Shown here piece after piece: positions 34,701-49,100 of a DNA stretch of 64,000 nt. The position numbers and the translations under genes are program-made. Every line of letters starts with the position of its first letter. The stretch's first letter is position 1. The stretch spans positions 16,007,208 through 16,071,207 of the forward strand of contig OU015568.1 in assembly GCA_907165135.1 (NCBI GenBank), given 5' to 3'. The stretch comes from Oikopleura dioica. Taxonomy: Eukaryota > Animalia > Chordata. A model generated the notes under the pieces. It was not told the origin of the DNA and made no database searches. It saw nothing but the letters and a program-made list of their open reading frames with translations.

Positions 34701-35567
34701 CCATCAGAAGATGCATCGCCTCAAAGCCGCCAGTTAGTCACGCGCTTTGATTACGTGATGAGCCACTTTGTCCGCGAACAGGAGCAGAAGTCGTCCAGCA
34801 GCAGTATGTCAAAGTCGCAATATCCGACAAAGAAGCGAAAATCTGTGGCTGGCCGCGATCATTCTTCGCGACGAGAATCGCGAATGGAGATGGACGAAAA
34901 CGACCCTCCAAAGAGTGATAAAAAACGAAAGTCTTCTCTGCAGTCAAATGGCAAGCCGGAGAAAGAGAAGAAAAAGTCGGAAAAGGCGCCTCTCCTGGAT
35001 AAAGACATAAAGCTCAAAGTTCTTGCAGAAGAGTTAGATCCAGCGTGGTTCGACAAGTGCAAGGTGAGAATCAATGAATTCTTGATGTTCTTGATGAAAT
35101 ATTCCAGAATTAACAAAAATGTCTAACTTTTAATTTAGAGCGCCATGAAGCCCCACAAGACCGCCCGCCACGCGCTGAAAGCTCTCCATTCCGCGGGCAA
35201 CAGCGAAAGCCGCATCAAGAAAGTAATCGGCGACATCGGCGTCGCCATCCGCAAAATCAGCGATCAACAAGGTGCCGAGCGCGCGCTGTGGAAGCACGCT
35301 CTTTGGCGCTTTGTCTCGCAATTTTCACACGCGACGGCGGAAACGCTCGTCCGCTGCTACGACAGTATCGCTCACAAAGCTCCTAAATTGCCGAAAATCG
35401 TCGACCGGACGGAAAAGGGGAAAGTTCAAACAAAAGACAGAAAAGACAAGAGCTCCAGTCGCGAGGAAAAGCCAAAGAAGCCAAAGCCGAAAGACTGGAA
35501 AGAGCGCAGCTACCTAAAGAAGCCAAAACCTGACAAGCCTCCTTCGAGTTCTCCTCCAAAAACATAG
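28791..35567 (+). CDS. CHD1: Chromodomain-helicase-DNA-binding protein 1/2
   Basis: Exon 1 (28791-28872) is phase-matched to the acceptor at 31159. Two chromodomains ([16 protein letters not shown]; [10 protein letters not shown]), SNF2 ATPase ([30 protein letters not shown]), SANT/SLIDE-like region and C-terminal CK..MKP..ALK.L. Frame discontinuity at about 32666. Confidence 0.93.
29570..29722. mobile_element. MITE copy 2 in CHD1 intron 1
   Basis: Ends ttgagctcggcggcctgt...acaggttgccgagcccag; flanks gcttgaat / gctagaat (8-bp TSD, 7/8 match). Confidence 0.8.
29901..31134. mobile_element. 1234-bp non-autonomous DNA transposon in CHD1 intron 1
   Basis: 52-bp terminal inverted repeats with one mismatch (ctgggtctcgaatccgtggcgtttttttggagca[g/c]ggtttgctctcgggcgc); perfect 8-bp TSD ATAAAGCC (29893-29900 and 31135-31142); GGAGCA subterminal repeats; AT-rich non-coding core. 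Confidence 0.92.
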
Positions 35568-35772
35568 TTTTCGCTCCACACGCTTTTTCTGTCTTTTGAA
35601 AGTTCAACCTCTTTTTCCGTAAATATTTATTTTCCGCTACGATGATACTTTTTCAAATACTGCCCGCACGTTTCTTTAACAACGATTGATACGATTTGCA
35701 ATTATAAATAAAGACTATTTGAAGTTGCAAAAGGCTCATTTCTGTTTATTGCAGCTTGATTATTCGCGTTTG

Positions 35773-36633
<861 letters not shown>

Positions 36634-36779
36634 CTATTGTTGCGTCAGGGGCTTATTAATTGATCAGACTGACTCACTCCCCCCAGCAAGATCATTATTT
36701 ACATTTTACGAGTCATCATTTTCCGTTCAATCTTCCGTAAAACTCCTTTACAGGCGCTCATACAACTAATCGTTTTAGA

Positions 36780-39700
36780 ATGGAAGCGTGGATACGAAAT
36801 AATCCGCAACATGATGGGGAGTTACGAGGCCTTATGAATACTTTGAAAGGTATTAAGCTCTCCATTTCAAGATTTGACTTGAGTATTCAGGGTTTATCAT
36901 TGGACATGGCGACAAAAATCCTGCTACTTTTGGCAAGCTCTGTGGGCAGTACAAAACCATGTTGGATGAGGAGATCAAGGATGTCATCAGTCCGATGCGT
37001 TTATCTATCGCGCACATTCAGTACTTTCTCATCGGCGAAGGATTGGCCAGTCTTGCAAAGAATATTCAAAACCAATATGTGTTTGTTCCAGTGAGGAATG
37101 CTGAGACGAGGAATATTCTGGATATGAAGGTAAGAGACAAATATGAATATGTTGTAACCCGTCTTTCAGAGTCGGGATAAAACAACGAAAACGCGAAAAA
37201 TGCCCTACCAATACATCAGCGGGAATCCTTTTCCCGCTCCAAATGTGGGTGGGGCTTCTGGTCGACCATCAGCATTCGCATCCCAACCGCAGCCAGAAAG
37301 ACCAATGTCGACAACATCGACCGCGTCCCGAAAATCGATGTACTCCTCGAAATCCGGATCAAAACCAATGCAGAAAACACCGTACATAAGAAAATCTGAG
37401 TATCAAAGTGGTGGCGGAGGGGTATTCAATCCGTTAACTGGAAAAGTTGAATACCCGTCATCGACACCAGCTCCTTCCGCCGCTACAGCTACCCGTCCAA
37501 CTGGTATGGGAAGAGGGCTAGTTCGTGCTTCTGAGATATCGCATCCTCAAGAATCTAAACCGCAGCCTGCTCGAGTACCTCCAAGACCAACTGCTCAAGA
37601 AGTTCAACCACAAGCGCGAGTGCCACCAGCACCAACGCGTCGCCCTCCTCCAAGTGAGCCGGTAAAACCTCCTACACAGACCGTCAGGCGACCGTTGCAA
37701 ACATCTCGCGTTCCACCCATGCATCCTGGTCTCGCTGAAAAGCAAAAAGCCAAGATTGTCAAACCTAATGACCAAGGCGATTCAACTGCCTCCAGCGACG
37801 CCCCAAGACATTATGGGGACCCCGATGATGCTCTTGCGAAGTTTAGGAAGAAGCTTACATACATCATTTCGAGGCATCCTTTGGGATTGTCATTCAACGA
37901 ACTCGCCTCATGCTTCAGGAATAAACACTCCGAGCAGCTCAAGTCATTTCTTACTCGTCTCAATTCTCAAATCCCATATCCGATTGAAATTCTGCGCAAA
38001 TACTCGGAGCGATTGAACATCTTTGTTGGAGACGAAGATATCATCTATCCACAAGAGTATTCCCCGCAAGAATGGAAGAAAACCGTGTTTGAGCAAATTA
38101 GCGATCTCCTTGGGGAACAAGAAGAGCCAGAAGATATTCTGAAGGTCGAAGAAGACTACAGGAATCGCTTCCCAGTCGACTACAAGGACTACCATTTCTA
38201 CAGTTTTTACGAATTCATTATGCACCTTGGTGACATCGCGCTCATAGAAATTGATGAGGACCTCAACGAGCGAATCGGCAAAAACTATCTTTCGATGAAG
38301 GAAACTCTTGTTAAATGCGTTATGCAGCTCGTTTACCGAACCGAAAAAGAGGGAAAGGACTTGCAAATTTCAAGCCTGCGAAGAAAATTCCGACTGGAGT
38401 TCAGTTGGGATATTCCAATGAGCTGTTTCTCGGAAGAGTACGAAGAGGAGCTCGATATCGAGCGTCTGGCGTATCTTCTGGTCAATCATAATAACAAGAA
38501 GAATGTCATGCGAATCGACAATGGATTATTGAAATTGAAGTCGAAGGCGGATCTACGCGCTGGCCTTGCGAACTTGAAAGCAGCTGCTCCTCTCAAAACA
38601 CGATTCGCGCCCTTTTTAAAGCCTTCTGTGAAAGACAAATTCTACGTGACTCTGAATGGCGAAGTGAACAGCTGTGACGAGATCTGGGTGATGAGACAAG
38701 CTGACCTGAACAAACTCACGAACCTTGTCCAGGAGCTAAGCGAAGTCTGCAAAGGCTACAAAAGAGCAGGGAAAAACGCGATCGAGAACGAGATTTTACC
38801 AGGTTGCGCCGTGGCTGTCTTCGATGGAGACTACTGGTTGCGTGGCGAGGTTGTGGAATACGCTGATGATCATGAGTGCCCTTATGTGGTTCGATACGTC
38901 GATTTCGGTACCATTGAATGTTTCGGCAAAGAAAATATTCAATGGCTCGATGAAAAATTCATCAAACTTCGACGATTGTCATTCCCGATCAGCATTCTCA
39001 GCGATGTGAATCCAGATGTCATCTCCAAAGACGAAATAGACGAGATCAACGAGCAAAGAATCTTGCAAGACCTGGTTGGAAACCTCGATTCATTGAAAGC
39101 GGGCTTTCTGTTTGAATGCACGAGCGCGGATGCAAGCGGATTTCAAGGATTCAAGGGGCGAATCAAAGTCAAAACTGAAACTGCCCAATGCGACTTGTTG
39201 TCAAAAGTTCACCATTATTATAAAAAGAGGAATTCCGAAGAAAGATCTGAGAGCGAGGAAACCATCCGCACTTCTGACAATTTTCCTTCGATCAATAAGC
39301 TAGAACCTCCTTCGCCTGAGAGTAATATTTCACTGTCTTCGTTGCAGCTTACGGACTCTTCAGAAGAGGAAGACAACATTCAGCCGAAGGAAACACGAGC
39401 TCACGACACGAGTGATGATGAGACAAAGGAGGGTGAATTCTTGTGCGAGTTTATCTACCCGCCTGAAGATGCAACAGAAGTGGCGAATGTCTACATTGCA
39501 GAGCATGTTACTGTAAGTTTGAAAATTGCTTTCGATTATTTATCTTTCCTCTAGTTTGTCAACATCGATGGTCAACTTGCACAGATGATGAATGTGGTGC
39601 TAATAAGCGACGAAGATAAACTCGCCGTTTCCTTCGAAAGCCTCAGCAGTATCTTTATCAAACTACTCGCCGGAGTCAATCGTGTTCGCGGACGTGTTTG

Positions 39701-40068
39701 GCTCAAGAAAGTCACGGCAAAGGGCGTCGTTAACATCAATGTAGAGTCAATCAAGGAGAAAATGGGAGTCAGAATCAGTGACGAAGAGCAGGAGCAACTT
39801 TCCAAGCAGCTCGATGTTTGGGGGCTGAAAGGCGCACATCCAGAGAACGAGGTCGACGAGTCCGCTAAAGATTATGCCTTCATTCTTTGGGACGATCTGT
39901 GGAGGGTAAGTGAATGACTTCCGGTTACAGAACGAAACTTGTATCTCTCTTTAGGCTTTCTGCAAAGCAAGAACCTCAGAAAACGTCCCGCCTTTCATCA
40001 CGAAAACGAGCACAGTCTTCGAAGCCATCCACAGAATGCGAACTGATTTCTTCGACGGAGACGTTTAA
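36780..40068 (+). CDS. TDRD5: LOTUS (OST-HTH) + Tudor domain germ-line protein, TDRD5/tejas-like
   Basis: N-terminal LOTUS-like unit ending ETRNILDM; Pro/Ser-rich linker; further LOTUS-like units (LTYIISRHPLGLSFNEL; DYRNRFPVDYKDYHFYSFYEF); one extended Tudor (GCAVAVFDGDYWLRGEV...VRYVDFG). TDRD5 rather than TDRD7 is inferred from the single Tudor. Confidence 0.7.
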
Positions 40069-41151
40069 TTATCACTATCAGCGCCTACCTGCACTATTTT
40101 CACTGATCACACTGTTCTCGCTCATATTTAATTGCTATCACTATTGCTTCACATTATTGAAAATACAATTTGGAAATTTTCACGGAATTTTCTTCCTTGA
40201 TTGACTCTTTCAGAGAAGATCTTGGTGTGGTTGTATAATCAGTTTTGATCATTATGTTTTCTTTAATCATAAAGAGCTGATAAGGAAAGCAGGGATTAAT
40301 AACACGGTGTATTGAAAGTTACGCAAGAATTATGGTTTTGAAAAAAAAAAACTGCAGCGGGATATTTTGGTAGTAGAGGAGCTTACTTTCAGTTTGTTAG
40401 CCGTGCGGCGCGTCCATTTTCGCTTTGTAAGGTTTTTCTCTGTTTGCCACAATGCCGCTTACGATACTAGGCACTTCCGGTGGTAGTGCTCTCGATTCCG
40501 GCGCCACCGCGTCGCTACTTCTTTTTTCGGTGCCATTGCTAGCGCGTAAATTACACTTTGATCGAGGGGGCTGCTAGAAATGGGGCCCGGAAATTCCTCA
40601 AAATCGCCGCAAAACTGAGCCGCGTAAACGTGCAACTTTCGCCTGCATATTAACTTCTATCGCGGGATTTTCGAATTCAGCGGGCTCGCGTCGGGGTGTT
40701 CGTATCTACATCTGCAAAGGAACTCTCCAAAGTGTGTGTGGAATGCCGATAATCAGCTATCAGTGGTGACCGTTTCACGCCGAGCGCTGATAATGGCCCC
40801 GCTTATCACGCTTTCGCTACTCCGCTCAAAAAGTACACAAACCTCATCTCCGCCGAGGACAGATTATCGCCACTTTCGGAAAGGTTGAATTTTTTCAAAT
40901 GTCGATCAAGATAGAGGTTTTACTGTTTACTTTCTCTACCAAAGTCGTTCCTGGCAGAATCGGTACTTGCGAAATCGTCAACTGCCCACAAACCCCTACT
41001 AATCAAGTGCGATCTATTGTTATCGCCATAGTGGCCCTATGGAGCCGTTCTTCATCTGAACGCGCTGCCTATTTCCTTCGCACCACCGCGATAACACGCC
41101 ACAAAATGAGCCAAACAACACAAACGCCGAACTCTGCTATCGTGTATTATC

Positions 41152-41841
41152 TTATGGAGATTTCATGGTTCGGCAGGACTGCTGTGAAGTATCGCTTGCG
41201 ATGCCTCTCTGATAGGAGGCGATGCGAGTGCGTCTGTGCACTTCGCGCATCGATTTCTGAAGAATGTGGATTCGCCGAAGCTGCACCACCACCAGCCCCA
41301 TCAGCAGAACTACGCCGACCAGCAAAGTCCTGTTTCGACTTATTTCAATAAATTAACTTCATGAATCATGATTTTCTTGAAATAAGTCCGTTCCGATCGT
41401 CCAGTAAAATGTTGTACTCGAACTCACGTGAGCCTGTTCTCCTGGAAATACATTGAATCCGAGTCCTTCAAAAGCATACGAATGAAGCTGGCAATTATCG
41501 CCTGAGAACCCAAATGAACACTGAAATATAAAAATCGCTATTCTATTAAATTTTCTTACCAGGCACATATTTCTGCTTTGGTATTCAATGCATTTCCCAT
41601 TATTCAAGCAGTCGAGGTTGCAGTTGTCCATGAAGTTGTACGCTGGGCTCGACAGCCTGTGTAGAAAACCTGTTTTTTAACCGCAAGAAAGACAGCTTAA
41701 CTTTAAATTCTAGCGAAGCCGCTTCGCGGCTTCGTTTTTATAAAAGCCGCTACGCGGCTTTTCATTTTAGCTCTTTAGAGCCTGACTCGGGTTTTCAACA
41801 CAGGTTGTCGAGCCCAGGTTATACGTGTCGTCAATGTGCAT
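41152..41841 (-). CDS. Small EGF-domain protein, possibly membrane-anchored; 5' and 3' exon structure uncertain; may be disrupted by a MITE
   Basis: CNLDCLNNGKCIEYQSRNMCL/CSFGFSGDNC is a six-Cys EGF repeat split by a GT-AG intron. A downstream frame encodes TLLVGVVLLMGLVVVQLRR (TM-like), but I could not join it with canonical splice sites. Confidence 0.5.
41643..41817. mobile_element. MITE copy 3 (175 bp), inserted in the EGF-gene reading frame
   Basis: TIRs ctgggctcgacagcctgtg / cacaggttgtcgagcccag; flanks gttgtacg / gttatacg (8-bp TSD, 7/8 match); two internal AAGCCGC..GCGGCTT palindromes as in copy 1. Confidence 0.9.
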
Positions 41842-44800
41842 TTTCTTATTATGAAATTCTCGGCGAAAATATTGTCAAGTTTTATAATTATCAGGCGATT
41901 AATTTGTATTCCTGAGAAGAATACAAACTGGCAGCTGGAAGCTCTCATCCGACGTTCTAATATAAACTTCCAGTCAATTATCAGCAGCCAAAATCGATAG
42001 TTCACCGAAACCGTATGTTGTCATTTTTAAGAATTAGTGTTAGTGAATGCAGATTTTCAACGATGTCTGTGCTTTATCTGTCGCGCGTCGGCACTCAGCA
42101 TTCGTGTGTGTGGTTGCTGCTATCTCGCGCTAAAATTGGTGCCAATAAAGCGTTTTATCTGGCTCACGCTTTGAAAATTTACGAGCACTAGAACGTTATC
42201 AAGTAACTGTTATCGTAAGGACTTGATACTGTAAAATCGCGCCAAGGGAGACTTTGAGCAGAGTAGACTTTTCTGATGATGACCGGAAGGAGAACGCTCA
42301 AAGTCGGTGGGCGGACGGTGCCAGTTTGCCGCCTGTCAGCGGAATGGCGCGAGCAGGGCGTAATTATGCGGCCGAGGGACCGGATGTGCTCCACCGCGGT
42401 GTAGTTTTTGATACTTTCCAAGCTCATCCTAGCGCCATTCTGTCGCACTCAGTGTAATTTCCCACTTCCCTGCTCCCCTGCTCGAGGTTCGAGAAATTCT
42501 CCTTTTATAATTTGCGACAATTGAGAGATTATATTCAAATCAGTTCTCAATGAGGTTCTTTTTGATACTTGGAGGGTTGAGGTTCGCGCCACGTCGTCGC
42601 CCTACCGGAAATACTCTCCTGCAATAATAACTGCCGAACAAGCTGCGTAAATATTTTACAAATCGAAGGGATGACCTCCAGGATTGATCACCCTCGACTT
42701 CCGGTATCGCCACATTCCCCGCCGAATACGACGCGACTACTTCATCAAAAACATTCTCGCATCCATCTTTTCAGAATAATATCGACCTTAAGGCCAGTAA
42801 TTCAATCCTACAGTAATTGCTTCTCGCTTATAAAGTGTTTATAAAGACACAACTAGTATTTTTGTTTGAATATTTTCCTTGGCAGGGCCTTAATCGGCGT
42901 GATGAATTTTTCTTCTTCCTAAATAGTTTATCACATCCGATGTGTTCCTTTTGAGGATTTTGGCATTTGGTGGTTTAGGCGTCAGGCGCCAAATTGGCAC
43001 CTCCTCCGCCGCCGGAAGCCGGAAATATCAGAGGCTGTTTGTAAATTATCGACCGCGCTTGGCGATTGTAATCCAGGTCTTCGCGGGTACGTTTGTCTCC
43101 TTCAATGTGGTTTTGCAAAACAATGGATCGAACGGAAGTGGTGATCGAAACCACAACAGTTAAAGAATTGACGCAGAAACAAGCTTTATATCAATATTGG
43201 CATACAACAAGAGCAGAAAAGAGAGCACCTTCCGGTTTGGAAAAGTTACAAGCCTTTATTTGTCAAGATTACAGCGTCAGTTTGAATTCGGGTGAATTCA
43301 TATTACCGCGCCGGCGCTTTTATTTGTTTACGCGAGATTCTCTATTTAGATGAGTTAATATTTTTAAAAAGGGTCGAAAAGGTCCCTTTCCAGCCCTTGA
43401 TCCCAACGCAAATGTTTGACTTTTGCGACAGGGGTCGGAAATCTCTCGCATTTTGACAATGAGCGATAAGATGTCTTGCCGAGAAAGAGCACCTGTTTTC
43501 ACAGTTATCGGTTCCCTGTTTAACACTGATAAAATTAAGATAAGGCGACGGCAATTTTCAGCACCAGGTCGTGCAGCACCTTCCTCGCCACCACCTAAGT
43601 TACACAAAGGAAACGATAAGTGGCTCAGCCGGGCCCGAATCTGACATTTCGCCGACAGCAGGGTCGAAATATCGTTTTATAAGGGTGTGCTTATCACAAA
43701 CGCTCTCCCGCCGAGCTACCAATGCTGATAACACGCACTCTCGCGTGCCGCGTATTGTGATCGAGGGAGGGATCGATTTATCACACTCTCCTTTTTGATT
43801 CTTGAAATTTCGAAGGGCGATTTTTGTCGACTATCTCGAAGAGCGTCAAGATGCTTGAAGTGTAGAATTTCAAACGTTATCAGTGGCTCTTCTAATTATC
43901 CTCGGACATCTTGTCGGGCCAAGTGAAGTGATTAGCCCAGGCTTGCAATGCAATTAGCACCATTATCGTTAATTGAAAGAGGGGCGAAAGTTTTACCTAA
44001 GCGCTGGTCGGAAAATTGATTCTGGCGGTTGTTACTTCCGGCGACAGCTTCGACAGCCCAAGCCGTGTCAGCAGAAACCACGGAAAGGGCATAAAGGAAT
44101 CTAATAGAAAGAAGAATCGATAGAATGCTTCTAATGAGCAGTTGGCGCTACGTGTTTCACTCTTTGTTTTCAACCCTATGCTGCGACAATTTGCAATTAG
44201 CCAAGTGCCGATATCATGTAAAATTTCATCCCAAGCGGGTCATGTTGGCGCCTAAAAGAGCTCTTGGTGGGAAGTGCTTAGAATACGTGCTTTGCTAAAC
44301 ACTTCAAATTTTTCCACAATGAAGTACAAGTTATAATCAGCTTGTAATCATAATCGATCAAAACAAAACTTCTCGCGGCGATCGCTTTTCAGGAATTCGG
44401 GTGGAGGGACTTGTCAGGATTTGCACTGATGGTGTGCAGGATTGTGTACCACTCAGTGGTACTGGATCGGACCGGTGGGTTGGCGCCTTGTGGGCGCCCG
44501 CGCCACTTCCGCTGTCGCACCGCAATTCGGCCAATTCGTCACTGGCGCAATTATTTATTCTGAAGCTGACATGCACACAAAGCGGCAGCTTCCGGTGTAG
44601 TCCTCTCAAAGTCACGACTTCCTCTTTTTAAGTTTTGGCGGACAGCTTGCTAAAATCGCGGACGTCGAGCTTGGTTTACTGCCGCCCGGACGCCACGGAA
44701 GCACCAGAGAACAAGGCGGAGAAATTTCAACAGCCTTGAAGCTCGCGCCAATTGATTTGCTCATTAGCATAAAAGGCACTTGATTGCTTCGTAAAATTTG

Positions 44801-46178
44801 GACCAAAGATGTTGTGATATAAACAGATTAGTTTGGAGTCTGATCGCCGTAAGAGACTGCTGCTTTGGGGATGAGAGACTGGGTCCTTCCGGTAATTGAG
44901 TCTTGTTGCTCCAGAGCCACCCCAGTATAATGTTCTGATTATTTTGGCACTTGGTGATTCTGGTGGCACCTTTGTGTGGCCCCAGGTCGCCTAAGCGTAG
45001 CTCAGCCGAAAAAATTGTCGAATTACTTCCGGTGGAGACTGCGCGGCGTCGGGGGTCAATCTTAGCAGCAGCTCCACCACCAGTAAATGCACCAACTGCT
45101 GCAGCGTTCGCCCTCCCGACTTCCGGCCGCCGTCCACCGCCAGACATGTTCTAATTGTCAACTGAGCACGCAGTACTTGTAGATCATCCTCTGAAAACCA
45201 GCGGCTCAGGGACACCTGCCATCGGCACCGTCTTTTTCCGAGTATTATTGACGATTATTAATCGCATATCGCATTAAAAAACGAGAAAAAGGCCCTGTTT
45301 TTTTGTTACCGCAACAGTAGATCGTCATTGATCTGTTATTCATCGTCAGTGGAAGGGATTATAACCAAAATATTTTTTATCAATGAAAAATGTGAAGTTA
45401 GGCGGAATCGGTACTCAGCACGCTAACACGCGATTGGTTCTGGAGGTGTGAAAATTCACACCATGGTGGCGCACTTCGCGGCACAGCGCGGCAGCAGGAA
45501 GTATACACCAAGTGAATTCTTTGTGCACGCTAATATGAAAACATCTTTTGAATTAATTACATGCTGTGATTGCAATCAAGTTTACTAATTAACACGATTA
45601 GAAAATAGAAAGAAATTTTCAGTCAATACATGATTTTTAACACCATGCGTTCGGAATCGCACCCTTTTTTGATTCTACGGGAGCATTTTTTCCGAAATTT
45701 CTGATTTTCGGATGAATATACAATCGTGAAGAATGTTGGACTTGACTTCCGTTGCATGGACTTCATTCCGCTTCCGATTTCCGCCGACAAAAGCTCTCCT
45801 TTCGATCAGATTACTGCTAGCCCGATGAAAGTTGACTTTGGCCTCTCTGGCTCCGGACTGGTTGGTAGTCCCAGCACCTTGATCCTCGCGAGTGTACTTG
45901 CGATGGATCGGCTTCTCTTCTGCACCAGCACCACCAGCGTAGATCGCGGGCGCTAGGGGAGGTGGTGGAGGAGCTGCGTAAAGCGTTAGATCTTAAAGGT
46001 GGCGAGCGCGGGCGTCAGGATTGCCGCACCAGCACCACCACCACCATCATCATATCAGACACATATTGTCCAACTTCCGAATCGCACCTGCACAGTACGC
46101 AACACCTGATAAAAACAGAAACTTGAACAATACTTTCACACTTGATAAGAGAGCAATAGAAACGTAAGAGATGTTCTA

Positions 46179-49100
46179 ATGCTGCCATTCGAGGACGAAA
46201 ACAAAATGAGTGGGATATTGAGTGGTTCTTATCATGGGATGAGTCCTTCGGGAGTCAACCCTATTAATGAACACCTCTTCTCGAATATTTTTTCACGGCT
46301 TCCTCACCCTCAAATGCCTCAAATTCCCAAGAAAAAAGAAGAAAAGAAGGTAAGAATTACGATCAATTGTAAAATATCTATCGTTTAAATGGTGCTAGAA
46401 TTTCTCTATTGAGTTGGATAAAAACGTGAACTAGAATCTTAAATCCGTTATCTGATGGAAAGTTATTTCCTCTAAGCACCGCCCATCGCTAATGATTTTT
46501 TCTTTAGCCCGATAACGACGATGATGACGGGCCAGATAATCCAAAAGTCACTCTTGAAAATATGGAATTGTGGGATAGCTTTCATCAATTTGGCACGGAA
46601 ATGGTCATCACAAAAACTGGAAGGTAAGATTGCTTCAAATCCGGGGTTGAACGAAAATTATCGTCGATGATGCAAATTGTTTTTTTTTTCTTTTTTTGAC
46701 TTGGAAATCAGATCACTAAAGCCGATAACTGGTTCAACGGGTCTTTGTGTAAGACATTTTTGTCCTGCCATTTAGGTGGCTGATGCGGTCAGGGAGCGGA
46801 AGTGAAAGCGCCCGTCCGTTTCATTTTTAGCGCGTTGGAGGCGCCATGGTGGTGGAGCTGTCAATTGTCACGGCTGCGAGCTTCCGGCCTCGCGGCTTTA
46901 AACAAAACCAATTCCCGCTAAACTAGATGCTTTGTTTAACCTGGCCAGAGACGCATGTTAGAAGGCTATCTAAACTTGCTTTTGAAATTGGGACGTTTCT
47001 ATTTGACCCAAGTAGCGATTAGGGATTCACGTGATTCTGCTGAAGAGGGAATGTTTTGCGTGTTAAAGCGGATGTGGCGGGATCTGGAAGGCGACGAATT
47101 GTGCGTTGTGGCGGCGCCAGGCCGAACCGAAAGCCGGAAGTCGCGGAGCATTAGCCGCGCCACCGGTACTTTATAATGTTCGTCCCTAGCGATCGTAATT
47201 TCCCGCTGCCAAATTGATGGGAAATATTTACTCCAACCGCAAAGGAGCCGCCCAAGCTCGCCACATCGCAGACGCCAAGGCAACACCACGAGAAACACCT
47301 TAGCCATATCAATGGTGATATACATCCACGTGATCAAGTCCATGGCGCTCTCTTCTGCCCTGGCGCCTTGAGTTTGGGTCTTAGCGACATTCCGCCAAGC
47401 GCGGTAAATTTATTATTCTATCCCCTGCCTCCTCTGTCTGATAGCGACTCGGGCGTCATTTCTGGCGGCGTCGGGAAGCGCTAGAATCAACAGTCCGATG
47501 CAAAGTCCTTTCCGATCTTTCCGCCTCGGCCACATAAAGCCCGTCGCGAAAGCGATAACACCACCGCCACCAGCACGGCTAAGCCATAAAAGTACTTCTC
47601 CACAAACATCAAAATCGCGTTGATGATAACACTCGCAATCACTATATCGCGACGATAGAACGTGGACTCATTCCAAGAACGCGCAACCTTCTATTTGATA
47701 AATCAAAGAGTGTTGTTGCTACAAGCCAAAATTGATAAAGAAATTTCTATCGCCCCTTTTCACACTAGAAATGGTGCGAAATCTCTCGCCTCCTCTGATT
47801 GGCTTGGTGGTGCTCCTCACTCCACCAAGTCCGCGCGCAGCACCACCGCGTGATTTTTCACACCTTAGGTGGCGCCCTTCTGAATCTAAGCCACTCAATG
47901 TATCTAGTGGCCATTCACGGGCGGCGTGTTATCACCAACAACATTTGCTGATGCGATAGGCATCTCCAAATTGACTTTCGTTTTCTGCGCCTTTGTCTTA
48001 CTAAGTGGCGAAATGTCGGGGCGGAAGTGGCTAACGCGCCGCGAAATTGGTGCCACTTCCGCAAGTGGCGAAGTTTGGTGCCGTTTCTCGCGCTCCAACA
48101 CGTCTGGAACTGGCGATTCTGGCGCCAGCGGCGACACGTTGGAAAATCGACATTTTTGCACCACGAAAATGCACCACCACATCCGCGCCAAATCACATTT
48201 ACGCGCGCGCCCTTATCACCGGTCATCGCGCTCGGTTGGCGAGTCTTGCTTGGTGATAAGAACGGACATTGTGCGTCGAAAAATCTAAAATTGAGCGCTA
48301 AAGGGCGTTTTATGCAATGGGAGGCTCATAGTCGGCTTTAGTGATCTAGAACGGATTAACTTCTAAAAGAATTTCATGAAATTTGATCTGAAAACGTTGC
48401 TCAATTCAATTTCTAGGAGGATGTTCCCATCTTACAAGACGAAAGTATCCGGCCTCAACCCAAAAGCCAAGTACTGCATGCTAATGGATATCGCCGCCGC
48501 CGACGAGCCGAGGTACGTTCGCAAAACATCAACAATTGAAAATCGAAAAATTTCAAAATCTGACGATTCTTCCGCGTAACTGATTGTTTCAGCCTCTCCC
48601 GACGTTACAAATATCACAATACACGGTGGATGGTGGCGGGCAAAGCTGATCCTGAGCTTCCAAAGCGCATGTATGTGCACCCAGACTCGCCGGCTACCGG
48701 AGAGCAGTGGATGAACAGGCCATGCATTTCCTTTCATAAGCTCAAGCTGACCAACAACATCACTGATCCACACGGACATGTAAGTTTTCTGGCGTTTTTG
48801 ATGTCAAGATTACCCATTTTCGCTCAAAATTATGAAAAAAATCATAAAAAAAGAGGCATATTTTGAAATTTGACGGTCGATTTAAAGGATTGAAACCAAA
48901 GCCCCAGATAGCCTTGACTAACATTCTCCAGCAGTACGATTCTGCTAAACTGCGAGATTAGTAAGGACGGCGCCGCGGCGGATTTCTCCGGCGCTTGTGT
49001 GGTGGTGCAGGTTTCCACACAATTTCAAATTGCTGAAATGCGCAAAAGAGTTATTGACAGTCCGGAAGTGACGGCTCCGAAGGCTCAGGGCGCGTTTTTG

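Noticed and set aside
40899-41351. 150-aa plus-strand ORF
   Set aside because: Overlaps the 3' part of the EGF gene in antisense; no recognisable features.
44764-45147. 127-aa minus-strand ATG ORF upstream of Tbx2/3
   Set aside because: GC-rich regulatory DNA easily yields such ORFs; no homology cues or splice context.
45726-45956. 76-codon ORF just 5' of Tbx2/3 as an upstream exon or uORF
   Set aside because: Ends in a stop with no donor linking it to the Tbx frame, and the track start is GTG; unsupported.
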